The position numbers and the translations under genes are program-made. A DNA stretch of 64,000 nucleotides from an uncultured Mycoplasmatota bacterium (GTDB taxonomy: Bacteria; Bacillota_I; Bacilli_A; RF39; UBA660), in assembly GCA_900551455.1 (NCBI GenBank), contig URVV01000006.1:2055-66054 (forward strand), given 5' to 3'. Below, one piece after another: positions 1-9,286 of the stretch. Within the stretch, counting starts at the first letter, position 1. Each line of letters opens with the position of its first letter. The notes below the pieces were generated by a model. It was given only the letters and a program-made list of their open reading frames with translations, had not been told where the DNA came from and searched no databases.

Positions 1-218
1 GTAGATACGATTTTTGTAACAGTAATGCCATTTTTACTTTCAGGACTACTTACTGTGCCATCTTCTGATACTTTGCCATTTATTCTAATTGCACCTTTAC
101 TTATATTGTCTTCAGAACTTATTTCTGAGGCTAATACTTGTATAGGAGTTTGTAAACTAGAAAAAATCATACTGAAAAGCATCAAGAATTTTAAAAATTT
201 GTCAGTTATTTTTTTCAT
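1..218 (-). CDS. Secreted protein, N-terminal fragment (gene runs off window start); signal peptide MKKITDKFLKFLMLFSMIFSSLQTPIQVLASE
   Basis: Minus-strand ATG at 216-218 preceded by strong RBS (AAGGAGGG, 7-nt spacer); hydrophobic signal-peptide-like N-terminus; open to window edge. Replaces the antisense track ORF 25..255(+). Confidence 0.45.
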   Translation of the reverse strand, partial: MKKITDKFLKFLMLFSMIFSSLQTPIQVLASEISSEDNISKGAIRINGKVSEDGTVSSPESKNGITVTKIVS

Positions 219-433
219 AACTAAACCCTCCTTATTTATTTTTACCTTGGAATAACATCATTACTCCAGATATGGCCTTATATTATAGCTTTTTAATTGT
301 ATTTTGTCAAGTATAATTGAAACTATTTTAGATTATTATTTCTTTTAATTATTGAGATTTTGTTTGGTAGTTAATATTTACCAGATATCTAATATATAAT
401 ATAGATATTTTAAATTTATTTATACAAAAAATG

Positions 434-464
434 GTATTAAAAAAAGCGACATTTTAATCGCTTT
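434..464 (-). terminator. Rho-independent terminator downstream of 491..1321 gene
   Basis: Hairpin AAAGCGA-cattttaa-TCGCTTT (443-464) followed on minus strand by T-run. Confidence 0.55.
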
Positions 465-490
465 ATAATTGGTAATACTTATAATAGAAG

Positions 491-1321
491 TTATACTCTA
501 TTGAAATAATTGAATAAGTATATAGCTATTATTACTACTAGGGAAATACCAAAGACTAACATTAGTATTTTAAAAAAATATTTATGGTTTCCTTCATCAC
601 TGAAATCATCATCGTCATCATTGGATTCTTCTTCTGTAGGTTGTTTTTCATTTTCTTTTTTATTATCAAAATCTTTTTTATTAAATTTATAGGTACTGCT
701 GAAAAACTCTGTGTCTACTTGATTATTGTTTTCCTCTAAATCTTTTTTTATGGGAATATTTACCATTGTGTCATCTTTATCGCCTTTTAAGTCTGATAAT
801 ATTTCTAAAGATAAATTAGCTGTTTTTAATAGAGATTCATCTTCTTCTTTGGAGTCTTCTTCTATTTCGTTATACATTTCTTTTACTTTTTCTAGGTTTG
901 TTTTACTACTATCGTGATCATCTAGTTTTAGTCTTTTTAAATAGTTTTCGTTTGATAATGTAGGTCCTATAAGTTCAGGTTTCTTTTTTTCTTCGACAGC
1001 TTTGTTAAGTAATTCTTTAATGTCGTATATTTCATTTTCTTGGCGTTGTTTTTCTTTAGCTTGTTCTTTTCTTATTACTTGATTATTGGTGCTGATAATA
1101 TCGTTATATTCCTTTACTTTTTGATAGTCATCTCTGTTTTTTATTTCTCTTTGTAGATCACTTAAATCTATTTCTCTAGAGTTTGAAGGAATAATTAGAT
1201 TCTCGAATTCATCATAGGCATTACATACTTGTTTATATAAGCCTTTAAATTTATCACTTCTCGTAGGAATATTTTCTTCATTATCACGTTGTTCTTTATA
1301 TTTATCCATTCGACTACTCAT
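491..1321 (-). CDS. Hypothetical tail-anchored membrane protein; acidic coiled-coil cytoplasmic domain, single C-terminal TM helix
   Basis: 276-aa ORF; K/E/D-rich low-complexity coiled-coil-like sequence, poly-D stretch, C-terminal hydrophobic segment ILMLVFGISLVVIIAIYLF. Confidence 0.45.
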   Translation of the reverse strand: MSSRMDKYKEQRDNEENIPTRSDKFKGLYKQVCNAYDEFENLIIPSNSREIDLSDLQREIKNRDDYQKVKEYNDIISTNNQVIRKEQAKEKQRQENEIYDIKELLNKAVEEKKKPELIGPTLSNENYLKRLKLDDHDSSKTNLEKVKEMYNEIEEDSKEEDESLLKTANLSLEILSDLKGDKDDTMVNIPIKKDLEENNNQVDTEFFSSTYKFNKKDFDNKKENEKQPTEEESNDDDDDFSDEGNHKYFFKILMLVFGISLVVIIAIYLFNYFNRV

Positions 1322-1436
1322 AGTAACACCCTCTACCTATCATATATATAATAACATATTTTTGATTTAAATAAAATATTTTTTATTGATTTTTTTCTTT
1401 TTTACACTTATAATTAAGAAAGAAGGAAGGTAAAAT

Positions 1437-1634
1437 ATGAAAGCAAATGTTAATAAAGATAAATGTATTGGTTGTGGCAATTGTGTTGCTTTGACTGAGA
1501 GTCAGGTTTTTGATTTTAATGATGAAGGATTAGCAGAATGTATAATGGATGAAATAACTGATGATTATGAAGATTTAACTAAGGATGCGGTTAGACAATG
1601 TCCTACCGAAGCGATTGATTTAACCGAGGAATAG
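1437..1634 (+). CDS. fer: Small 4Fe-4S ferredoxin
   Basis: 65 aa; CIGCGNC...C cluster-binding motif, acidic C-terminus; RBS GGAAGG upstream. Confidence 0.8.
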   Translation: MKANVNKDKCIGCGNCVALTESQVFDFNDEGLAECIMDEITDDYEDLTKDAVRQCPTEAIDLTEE

Positions 1635-1640
1635 TAAAGT

Positions 1641-1672
1641 AAAAAAAGAATTTTTCAATTCTTTTTTTTATT
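1641..1672. terminator. Bidirectional rho-independent terminator between convergent fer and nth
   Basis: AAAGAATT-tttc-AATTCTTT hairpin flanked by A-run and T-run. Confidence 0.6.
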
Positions 1673-2275
1673 TTGACAGTATTTTTTAATTTCACAGGTC
1701 TCACATTGAGGATTGATAGCTTTACAATAATATCTTCCAAATAATAGTATTTGGTTACCTACTTTACTCCAATTATCTTCGGGAATTTCTTTCATTAGTT
1801 TTTTTTCAATTATTTTAACATCATCTTGTTCTTTGACCAGACCTAATCGTTTACTTACTCTTGTGACGTGAGTGTCGACGGCAATGGCGGCGGTTTTATA
1901 TATGTTAGATAAAAAGACATTGGCAGTTTTGTGGCCTACTCCGGGTAAGGATTCGAGGAAGGATCGATCATTGGGAATTTTGCTTATACCTAAGGTATTT
2001 AGTTTTTGGGCAATATCTATTATGTAAAGACTTTTTCTTTTATATGTACCAATTTCTCTGATAATATTTTCAATATCTTTTTGATTAGCTTTGCTTAATG
2101 ATTGAATACTTGGATATTTTTCAAATAGAACTTTGGTAACTTTATTAACTCTTTTATCAGTGGTTTGAGCACTTAAGACAATGGCAATTAATAATTCATA
2201 GTCTTTTTTGTAATTTAATTCACATACAGGATTTGGGAATAGTTTATCTAGATAAGTAGTTATTTCTTTATTCAT
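1655..2275 (-). CDS. nth: Endonuclease III (DNA glycosylase/AP lyase)
   Basis: HhH-GPD motif LPGVGHKTANVFL; C-terminal C-x6-C-x2-C-x5-C Fe-S cluster loop; 206 aa. Confidence 0.85.
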   Translation of the reverse strand: MNKEITTYLDKLFPNPVCELNYKKDYELLIAIVLSAQTTDKRVNKVTKVLFEKYPSIQSLSKANQKDIENIIREIGTYKRKSLYIIDIAQKLNTLGISKIPNDRSFLESLPGVGHKTANVFLSNIYKTAAIAVDTHVTRVSKRLGLVKEQDDVKIIEKKLMKEIPEDNWSKVGNQILLFGRYYCKAINPQCETCEIKKYCQNKKKN

Positions 2276-2912
2276 TTAACCAGTCAGTATCATAGACTTC
2301 AACTTTATTTTTTTTACTACGATACTTCTCCCTGTCTTTGATTACATCTTCTTTGTTCTTATAGCCTTTTTTTCGCCAATCATTTAATATAGTATCTATG
2401 TATCTAAAATTGCCAATACCATTTAAAACGGCTTCTTTTAGAGCAGATGAAATTAGTTCTTGACTTAATCCACTGGTAAGCCATTCTTTTATTTGCTCAT
2501 ATTCCATTGGTGAGAGAGTCCTTCCTAATTCACTTTCAAAAATTGAGAAAATGTTGGTGGTAGGTTCTTCTTCTGATTCAGAGTTTTTATCTATTATGAT
2601 ATTAAATATTTTTTTATATAATAGCTCTAAAGAAATATATTCACAACTTTTTCGATTGTTTCTATCAATTACAATAGAGATAATATTTTTTTCTATTAAG
2701 CTATTGATTAGTTTCATTACTTCGTGTTTACTACTGTTAATACATTTTGCAAACTCTTCTGGATTATAAACTATTTTATTTCCATTATTATAGAGAATCA
2801 TTATTATTATTAATTCACTATCGGTAATATTTAGTTTTCGATAATTACTAAGAAATATTTTAGGTAAAACTAATGGTTTATCTTTTAGTAAATTAATTAA
2901 ATTATCTTCCAT
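2268..2912 (-). CDS. dnaD: DnaD-domain replication initiation/membrane attachment protein
   Basis: 214 aa; DnaD-like C-terminal domain (YEQIKEWL...LNDWRKKG); conserved dnaD-nth adjacency as in Bacillus; 8-nt overlap with nth. Confidence 0.6.
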   Translation of the reverse strand: MEDNLINLLKDKPLVLPKIFLSNYRKLNITDSELIIIMILYNNGNKIVYNPEEFAKCINSSKHEVMKLINSLIEKNIISIVIDRNNRKSCEYISLELLYKKIFNIIIDKNSESEEEPTTNIFSIFESELGRTLSPMEYEQIKEWLTSGLSQELISSALKEAVLNGIGNFRYIDTILNDWRKKGYKNKEDVIKDREKYRSKKNKVEVYDTDWLNE

Positions 2913-2916
2913 ATAA

Positions 2917-3312
2917 TCACCCCACTGTAATACTTTTAATTAATTTATAATTATATATGTCATAGTATTCATATATTAATTTATTATTTTTAGAGATATC
3001 ATTAAAATACATAATTTGTTCATCTTTATATATAATATCATAATTATCTTTATTTTCATATAATATTTTTCTATCTATTTTAGATATTATTTTATATGTA
3101 TTGTTAATTAGATATAGGTATTCTTTATCTAGGACGAGATAGTAATTATCATAGTAATTTAGATATTCGATACTAGTGATGGTAGTATTTTTTTTAATTA
3201 ATTTGATATTTTTTTCGTTATACTTTGAATCGTTAATATCTACGAGAAAGATTAGAGATAAGATTAAGAACATTATGGTTATAAATATTATTATTTTTTT
3301 CTTCATATTCAT
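2917..3312 (-). CDS. Hypothetical small membrane-anchored protein (N-terminal signal anchor, Tyr/Asn-rich ectodomain)
   Basis: 131 aa; N-terminal hydrophobic helix IIIFITIMFLILSLIFLV. Confidence 0.35.
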   Translation of the reverse strand: MNMKKKIIIFITIMFLILSLIFLVDINDSKYNEKNIKLIKKNTTITSIEYLNYYDNYYLVLDKEYLYLINNTYKIISKIDRKILYENKDNYDIIYKDEQIMYFNDISKNNKLIYEYYDIYNYKLIKSITVG

Positions 3313-3420
3313 CAGTTAAATTATAACATATTGCTTGATATATTCGCAACCTAATCGTGATAAATTTTGTTTTAAATGAGATATAATTTGTTATATTTTG
3401 GAGTTTTTTTATATAGTATA

Positions 3421-3450
3421 AAAAGTCTCAAGAATTTCTTGAGACTTTTA
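3421..3450 (-). terminator. Rho-independent terminator after 3459..4688 gene
   Basis: Near-perfect 13-bp inverted repeat AAAGTCTCAAGAA/TTCTTGAGACTTT with flanking T/A runs. Confidence 0.55.
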
Positions 3451-3458
3451 TTGTTTAT

Positions 3459-4688
3459 TTAGATAATAATTTCATTTGTTTCGTAATTGTATTCTAATGT
3501 TCTTTGACGAACTTTTGGTGATACAAGAGATGCTTCTTTTGATAGAGCACATTCTTTTAATAGCGCATTAATGTCTCTAATTCCACCAGCTGACAATCCA
3601 TTATTAATGTATTCTTCTGAATCAGTAGCATATGGTACTAGATATTTAATGGCATTTAATCCTCTTTCGTTAAAACGATCATCTGGATTTAATACAGTTC
3701 CATATAATCCTCTTACTGGTTCTAATACTTCTTGTAATAAGAAGATGGTACCAGCATCTAAGTCATATAACTTATCTTTTGGATCATAAATTTTATCTAG
3801 TAAATTAACTACTGCTTCATTAAATTTTTCGTTATCTTCGATGGTACTAATTTCTTTTACTAAGTCAATAATAGTTTTAGTTTTATCTTTTTGATTTGCA
3901 CTATATACTACTAAAGTTGGATCAAGAAATTTAGAACTATCGTTAGTTTCACTATACATTTCATAATTGTATGTTACTCTTGCTCCCATTACCATATAAG
4001 CATCTTGTAAAACAACATTAGGATCTTTATTACCAATAACTGTTTTAATTAACTCAGGGTTTTCTCTGGCTATTTTTTCAATGTTTACAATCATTACATA
4101 GCTAACAATTTCATCTTGAGTTAATTTAATTCCACGATTGTTTAAATCTTCAGTTACTCTGTTTACTAGACTAACAAATTCTTTATCAGTAATATTTTGT
4201 TCTGCTAAAGGAGTTGATGTTGGAATACTGATTGGGGTTGTAATATTTGAATTGGTTGAAGTTTTGGTTGGTTTGATTAATTTACCACCCTTAGCTTCTT
4301 TTACTAATCTGCAACCTCCGATAGCTAGGATAGTTACTAAAGCACCAATAGCAAAATATTTTATTTTTAAATTACCATTTTTAGAAGTTTTTTCTTTTTC
4401 TTCAGATACTTCGGTAGTTTTTTTGTCATTTACTTGCTTTTCTTCAGGTGCATCTACTTTATTGTCTTCATATGTTTTTACTTCTTCGATGGCTTTTGCT
4501 GTTTCTTCGGCTAATTTTCTAGCTTCTTCAGCTTTACAATAGGCTTCAGTTGCTCTTTGGGCTTCTTTTTCAGCTAGTTTTCTGGCTTCTTCAGCTTTTC
4601 TAGCTGCTTCTTGCATAGCTTCTTCTTTGTTTTTTTGACGTTCTTTAAATTCTTCTAATTCTTTTTGAATTTCATCTATTCTACTCAT
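3459..4688 (-). CDS. Hypothetical bitopic membrane protein: N-terminal Ala/Glu/Lys-rich coiled coil, one TM, C-terminal extracytoplasmic domain
   Basis: 409 aa; repeated EEARKLAE motif, TM YFAIGALVTILAIGG at ~aa 110-130. Confidence 0.45.
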   Translation of the reverse strand: MSRIDEIQKELEEFKERQKNKEEAMQEAARKAEEARKLAEKEAQRATEAYCKAEEARKLAEETAKAIEEVKTYEDNKVDAPEEKQVNDKKTTEVSEEKEKTSKNGNLKIKYFAIGALVTILAIGGCRLVKEAKGGKLIKPTKTSTNSNITTPISIPTSTPLAEQNITDKEFVSLVNRVTEDLNNRGIKLTQDEIVSYVMIVNIEKIARENPELIKTVIGNKDPNVVLQDAYMVMGARVTYNYEMYSETNDSSKFLDPTLVVYSANQKDKTKTIIDLVKEISTIEDNEKFNEAVVNLLDKIYDPKDKLYDLDAGTIFLLQEVLEPVRGLYGTVLNPDDRFNERGLNAIKYLVPYATDSEEYINNGLSAGGIRDINALLKECALSKEASLVSPKVRQRTLEYNYETNEIII

Positions 4689-4699
4689 TATAATTCCCC

Positions 4700-6169
4700 C
4701 TATCTTGTTCTTCCTGTTAATCTATATCCAGCATTTAATAAGTCTTTATCTTCTTTGGATTTGCTCCATTTGTAATCAACAGTACTACCTATATATTGTC
4801 TTATACGATATCTATAGTAAGTTACATTTCTTGTTTCTTTTACAGGGACAACTGTTTCAATATCTTGATAACATTTGTTATCTCTTAGATATTGTCCTGT
4901 AGGACACATTACGTTTTTAGTGATAGTTTTGATACTACTAGTAATACATCTACCATTAGAGATAGTACCAATGCTACAATAAACTTTTTTAGTTTCATAT
5001 GTGGTGTTAGTGCTTATGCATTTACCGTTTTCTTTGGTGTATCCAGCTTTACAATAAGTGGCTAAAGTTTCATATGATGTGTTATAACTTACGTTAGCCT
5101 TTTGTTTTTTAGTATCTGTTACACTTTGCCATACACCGGCACAGCCATCACAAGATGAAACGAATTTTTTATATGTTTTAGTATAAATACAGGTGTCGCC
5201 TTCTCTACTCTTATAAGTAAAGCCATTACCAATTGCTGGACAACTATATTTTGCTTTAGTCTTTTTATAAGTACAAGTGTTGCCATCATTTGAAACATAT
5301 GTATAACCTGATGGGGCGGTTGGACATAAGGCATCAGTTTTAGTAGTAACTGTTTTACTGTATTTACATATTTTACCATCATTTGAAACATATGTATAAC
5401 CTGATGGAGCGGTTGGACAAGATACAGTGCCATTATCTATAGTAACGCTCTTTTTGTATGTACAAGTACCGTTATTTTTAGAAACAAGAGTGTATCCTGA
5501 TACTTCTGGACAAGTACCATCACTTATATATTTTTTCTCTATAATTGTTTTGTTATTTGTATATTCTTCTTTTACTACTTTAGTTTCTACTTGTCTATAG
5601 TCTGTTTTTGTTACAGATACTTTAGACCATTCACTCCAAGAGCCGTAATCTGTCCATTTACCTCCAGTATTCTTTTTGTATTCGTATTCAATTTGTTTAT
5701 TTGGAGTATTTTGATCTGTTCTTTCACAAATATCAAATTGACAATAATCGTAGCAACCCATAATGACGATGATATAGTCTGATTCTTCACCACACTCTAG
5801 GTATACTTTCATTTGATATTCGTCTTCTAGTTTTTCTACAGATACGTATGAATTAGTTGCAGAGCAAGCATGTCCATACTTATCTTTTATTTCTAGAATT
5901 AACTTCTCATCATACATTTTAGCAAGTGTAAGAGTTTTTACTTCACCAACATTTTGTGGTAATCTCTCAGTTGTAAAATAGCTTTTACCTACTTCTTTCA
6001 TTCTATCGATATTCTCTTTAAAAATGTTGTCAGTAAGAACGTTAAGTTGGTTAGATATTCCTTTATTAGATAATGATAGTAACCATACAGCAAATAATAT
6101 GAAAATAATTACTATAATTCCTTTAATAAAGAAATTAGTCCAACTAAATTTTTTATTTTCTTCGTACAT
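4700..6169 (-). CDS. Membrane-anchored Cys-rich repeat protein (4 tandem ~31-aa C-x15-C repeats, CPTAPSGYTYVSNDG...)
   Basis: Start moved to ATG 6167-6169 (MYEENKKFSW), 13 codons downstream of the in-frame ATG at 6208 (6208 also in-frame but has no comparable RBS), strong RBS GGGGGA; N-terminal TM; tandem protein repeats backed by 93-bp DNA tandem repeat. Confidence 0.5.
   Translation of the reverse strand: MYEENKKFSWTNFFIKGIIVIIFILFAVWLLSLSNKGISNQLNVLTDNIFKENIDRMKEVGKSYFTTERLPQNVGEVKTLTLAKMYDEKLILEIKDKYGHACSATNSYVSVEKLEDEYQMKVYLECGEESDYIIVIMGCYDYCQFDICERTDQNTPNKQIEYEYKKNTGGKWTDYGSWSEWSKVSVTKTDYRQVETKVVKEEYTNNKTIIEKKYISDGTCPEVSGYTLVSKNNGTCTYKKSVTIDNGTVSCPTAPSGYTYVSNDGKICKYSKTVTTKTDALCPTAPSGYTYVSNDGNTCTYKKTKAKYSCPAIGNGFTYKSREGDTCIYTKTYKKFVSSCDGCAGVWQSVTDTKKQKANVSYNTSYETLATYCKAGYTKENGKCISTNTTYETKKVYCSIGTISNGRCITSSIKTITKNVMCPTGQYLRDNKCYQDIETVVPVKETRNVTYYRYRIRQYIGSTVDYKWSKSKEDKDLLNAGYRLTGRTR
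5283..5422. repeat. 93-bp tandem direct repeat (1.5 copies, near-perfect) inside the Cys-rich protein gene
   Basis: ccatcatttgaaacatatgtataacctgatgg[g/a]gcggttggaca at 5283 and again at 5376; period 93 bp = 31 codons. Confidence 0.8.
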
Positions 6170-6284
6170 ATAAATTCCCCCTTCAAAGAAATCGACATTT
6201 ATAATAACACAAAGTATATATTTTGTCAAATATTTTGTTGTTTTTATGAATAATTGTTTGCTTAGTTTTAAAGTGATTTATAAT

Positions 6285-7721
6285 TTATCTTATTCTTCTT
6301 TTGATTTTTCTTGATAATAATTTGTTTCTTGCAAGAAATGTTACATCAGCTTCTTGTAAATTAGGAAGATTTATTTTTTTTAATTTTTGATTAAAGAAGA
6401 GACAACCAAGGCCAATATTTTCTAGACTAGAGAGATCTATTTCTTTTAATTCAGTGTTACAGTAAAGAAAATTTGAACCAGTAGATTTTAGTAGAGGAAG
6501 GTGGATACTGGTCATTTTTTGATTATAGTAAATAAAGTTATCTTTTGCATTTTCTAGTTTAGGAAATGATGCTTCTTTTAGGTCTTTGTTAAATTTTAAA
6601 AAGTTATTACCTACTTGTTTAATGTTTTGTAAGCTTATATTTTTTAAGACATTATTTCGATATAGGAAATTATCTTCGATATGAGTTAGGGAATTATTTA
6701 TTAAGGAAGTTATTCTTGATCTTTTATCGGTTGTTAGGACTATTCGGTTGGTACTTGTTGTGATAATAATTCTTTTGCCTTCTGGGAGAGAGTCAATGGT
6801 TATTTTCTTAACATTTTTTATTGTATCTGGAAATGTGTCTTCGATAGTGGGATCATATAGGGTTATAATATTTTTATCAGAATCTTTTTTTGTTCTTAAA
6901 TTGATGATAAAGTAATCTACTAGGAGATATTCTTGATTGGTAATCTTTTTTACTTGGTAGTTATCAATAATAATGTTATTTTGGCAGTAGTAAATATTAT
7001 TTATTTTATAGTTATATTTATAGTATTTTCCATCTAGTGCTAAAACGTAATCTGGAAGGGTAAATTCTTTATTTTCATATCTTTGAATTAAGCCATAGTC
7101 TTTATAAAAGGCTTGAGTTAAACCAGGAATTATATTGTCTAGATTGTTAGAGAAAGTGGCATCAGCATCTTTAACGGTATCATTGTATCTATTTTTTATG
7201 GATAAAGTATAGCAACCATCTTTGGTAAATTGAATACTGATAACTGAGGTACCATATTCATCTTGTCTATCGGGATTTTTAAAGGTATATCTTTTTAATG
7301 ATGATGCATTATTTTTAATAGCAAAGAAGACATAACAGTCATTTAGTCTTTCTGTTTTAAAGGTACATAATTCCTCTCCTTTAGCATAATATTTTTTAAA
7401 TCTCTGAATTTCTTTTTCGTTGTGGCAAATATATAAACTATATCCAGCTATTTTTAATAGTTCTTTAGCTGTTTTATTGGTGTTTATAGGAGATTCTTTT
7501 TTTAATGAATGGTTCATTATAAGATTTTTAAATTCATAGATTTTACCACTTAAGATGATATCTTCACATAGTGTATGATTATATGCAAAATATCTTAGAA
7601 GAATTTCACTTAGTTTCCCTTCTTCAAGTAGTAATGTAGGAAATAATTTTCTACATAGATGCCATAGATTTTCTCCATAGTATTTTCTTATTATTTTTTC
7701 ATCATAACTTGTATTGTTCAT
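6285..7721 (-). CDS. Hypothetical protein with C-terminal leucine-rich repeats (BspA-like LRR), no signal peptide
   Basis: 478 aa; C-terminal ~23-aa repeats L-x-x-I-x-L/F-x-N-x-F-x-x-C/N...L-K-x-I. Confidence 0.4.
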   Translation of the reverse strand: MNNTSYDEKIIRKYYGENLWHLCRKLFPTLLLEEGKLSEILLRYFAYNHTLCEDIILSGKIYEFKNLIMNHSLKKESPINTNKTAKELLKIAGYSLYICHNEKEIQRFKKYYAKGEELCTFKTERLNDCYVFFAIKNNASSLKRYTFKNPDRQDEYGTSVISIQFTKDGCYTLSIKNRYNDTVKDADATFSNNLDNIIPGLTQAFYKDYGLIQRYENKEFTLPDYVLALDGKYYKYNYKINNIYYCQNNIIIDNYQVKKITNQEYLLVDYFIINLRTKKDSDKNIITLYDPTIEDTFPDTIKNVKKITIDSLPEGKRIIITTSTNRIVLTTDKRSRITSLINNSLTHIEDNFLYRNNVLKNISLQNIKQVGNNFLKFNKDLKEASFPKLENAKDNFIYYNQKMTSIHLPLLKSTGSNFLYCNTELKEIDLSSLENIGLGCLFFNQKLKKINLPNLQEADVTFLARNKLLSRKIKRRIR

Positions 7722-7856
7722 ATAACCACATCCAATATTTCTTATGCATTTTACTATTGTATCATACTTTAATAATTTTTCCAGATATTTTTATTGAATT
7801 TTTAGAAAATATATTATATAATTAAAAAGAATAGAGGGAATAGGAAGAGTGATACT

Positions 7857-9101
7857 ATGAATAACAGTATTGATTTTGTTAATACTCCAGTTGTTGATGT
7901 TGTTAATCGTATTATTTTGGATGCAGCTAAAGCTGGAGCTAGTGATATTCATTTTGATCATCAAGAGAATTCCCTTAAAGTAAGAATTAGGATAGATGGT
8001 ATATTAAATGATTATGCGGATGTTCCTAATGAAGTTAAAAATAATGTTATTACAAGAATTAAGATATTGTCAGGGATGAATATTACTGAGACTAGATTAC
8101 CTCAGGACGGAGCTATTAAGACTAATCTTGGGGGAATGGATTTGGATATGAGAGTCTCTTCTTTACCTACTAAAAGAGGAGAAAAAATAGTTATTAGAAT
8201 ATTGGATTATTCTAGAAGTATGCAAGGTATTGAGTATCTCTTCTTTTCTGAAGAAAATTATAAAAAGATATTGAAGATGATTGCAGAGCCAAATGGAATT
8301 ATTTTAGTTACTGGAGCTACGGGTTCTGGTAAATCTACGACAGTATATTCTTTTTTACAGAAATTAAATGTTAAGGGAACTAATTTAATTACGGTTGAGG
8401 ATCCGGTGGAAATGGATATTGAAGGTATTAATCAGGTTCAAGTAAATAGTGATATCGGATTAGACTTTGCAACGGTATTAAGAAGTATTTTGAGACAAGA
8501 TCCAAATGTTATTATGATTGGTGAGATTAGAGATAGTGAAACGGCACAGATAGCAGTTCGTGCTTCAATTACGGGGCATTTGGTATTGTCGACGTTACAT
8601 ACTAATAATTCTTTAACTACTATTGAGAGATTACTTGATATGGAAGTTGAAAGATATTTATTAGCTTCGGCTTTATCAGGAATTGTTAGTCAGAAGTTAG
8701 CAAGAAAGCTTTGTGATAAGTGTAAGAAATTAAGGGATACTACACCGTATGAGAGAGAAATGTTTCATAAGTATTTAAATTTTGATGTTACGCAAGTTTA
8801 TGAACACGTGGGTTGTCCTGAATGTTCTGGAGGATATCGTGGTCGTATTGCTCTTCAAGAGGTTTTGCTTATTAGTCCGGAGATCAGAGATGCGATTAAT
8901 GCTCGTGTTCCTAAGTCAGAATTGAGGGGGTTAGTTTATACTTCTGATGTTATTACGCTTCTTCAAGATGGCCTTTATAAGATAATTGCTGGGTTAACTA
9001 CTATTGAAGAGGTTATTAAGTTAACAGAGGCTGACGATGAAGTTAATGCAGAGACAAAAATAAAGAGTGTTTTAAAAAATAATTCCTCATTACCTAAGTA
9101 A
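7857..9101 (+). CDS. Type II/IV secretion-family ATPase (GspE/PilB/ComGA-like), orphan
   Basis: 414 aa; Walker A GATGSGKSTT, Walker B/Asp box ITVEDPVEM, His box, tetracysteine CDKC...CPEC zinc motif. Confidence 0.8.
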   Translation: MNNSIDFVNTPVVDVVNRIILDAAKAGASDIHFDHQENSLKVRIRIDGILNDYADVPNEVKNNVITRIKILSGMNITETRLPQDGAIKTNLGGMDLDMRVSSLPTKRGEKIVIRILDYSRSMQGIEYLFFSEENYKKILKMIAEPNGIILVTGATGSGKSTTVYSFLQKLNVKGTNLITVEDPVEMDIEGINQVQVNSDIGLDFATVLRSILRQDPNVIMIGEIRDSETAQIAVRASITGHLVLSTLHTNNSLTTIERLLDMEVERYLLASALSGIVSQKLARKLCDKCKKLRDTTPYEREMFHKYLNFDVTQVYEHVGCPECSGGYRGRIALQEVLLISPEIRDAINARVPKSELRGLVYTSDVITLLQDGLYKIIAGLTTIEEVIKLTEADDEVNAETKIKSVLKNNSSLPK

Positions 9102-9286
9102 TGAGGTTTTTTATACGATTATTTCAATGGTTTTTATGTTAGGTATACTTTAATTTGATTATAACAGATATTATAATTTATGTAGACATTCTGGATACGT
9201 ATAAAAAAGAAAAAAATCACTCATAAGTTAAATTTCAAGGTGTATAATTGATTTTACACGCTAGTTTTAATTAAGTGATTTTTTTA

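Noticed and set aside
25-255. Plus-strand 76-aa ORF from the track
   Set aside because: It is antisense to a much better supported minus-strand gene start (ATG 216-218 with AAGGAGGG RBS and a signal peptide). Low-complexity translation, no RBS.
3571-4542. Plus-strand ORFs 3571..3789 and 4138..4542
   Set aside because: Antisense to the 409-aa minus-strand gene. Low-complexity Ser/Leu-rich translations typical of spurious ORFs in AT-rich DNA.
5283-5422. Possible CRISPR-like repeat array
   Set aside because: Only 1.5 copies with period 93 bp, no spacers, and fully inside a coding frame that gives conserved protein repeats. No cas genes anywhere in the window.
5119-5433. Minus-strand 104-aa ORF with internal repeats (HQVIHMFQMM x2)
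   Set aside because: It is an alternative frame through the 93-bp tandem repeat of the Cys-rich protein gene. The repetition is a by-product of the DNA repeat, not an independent gene.
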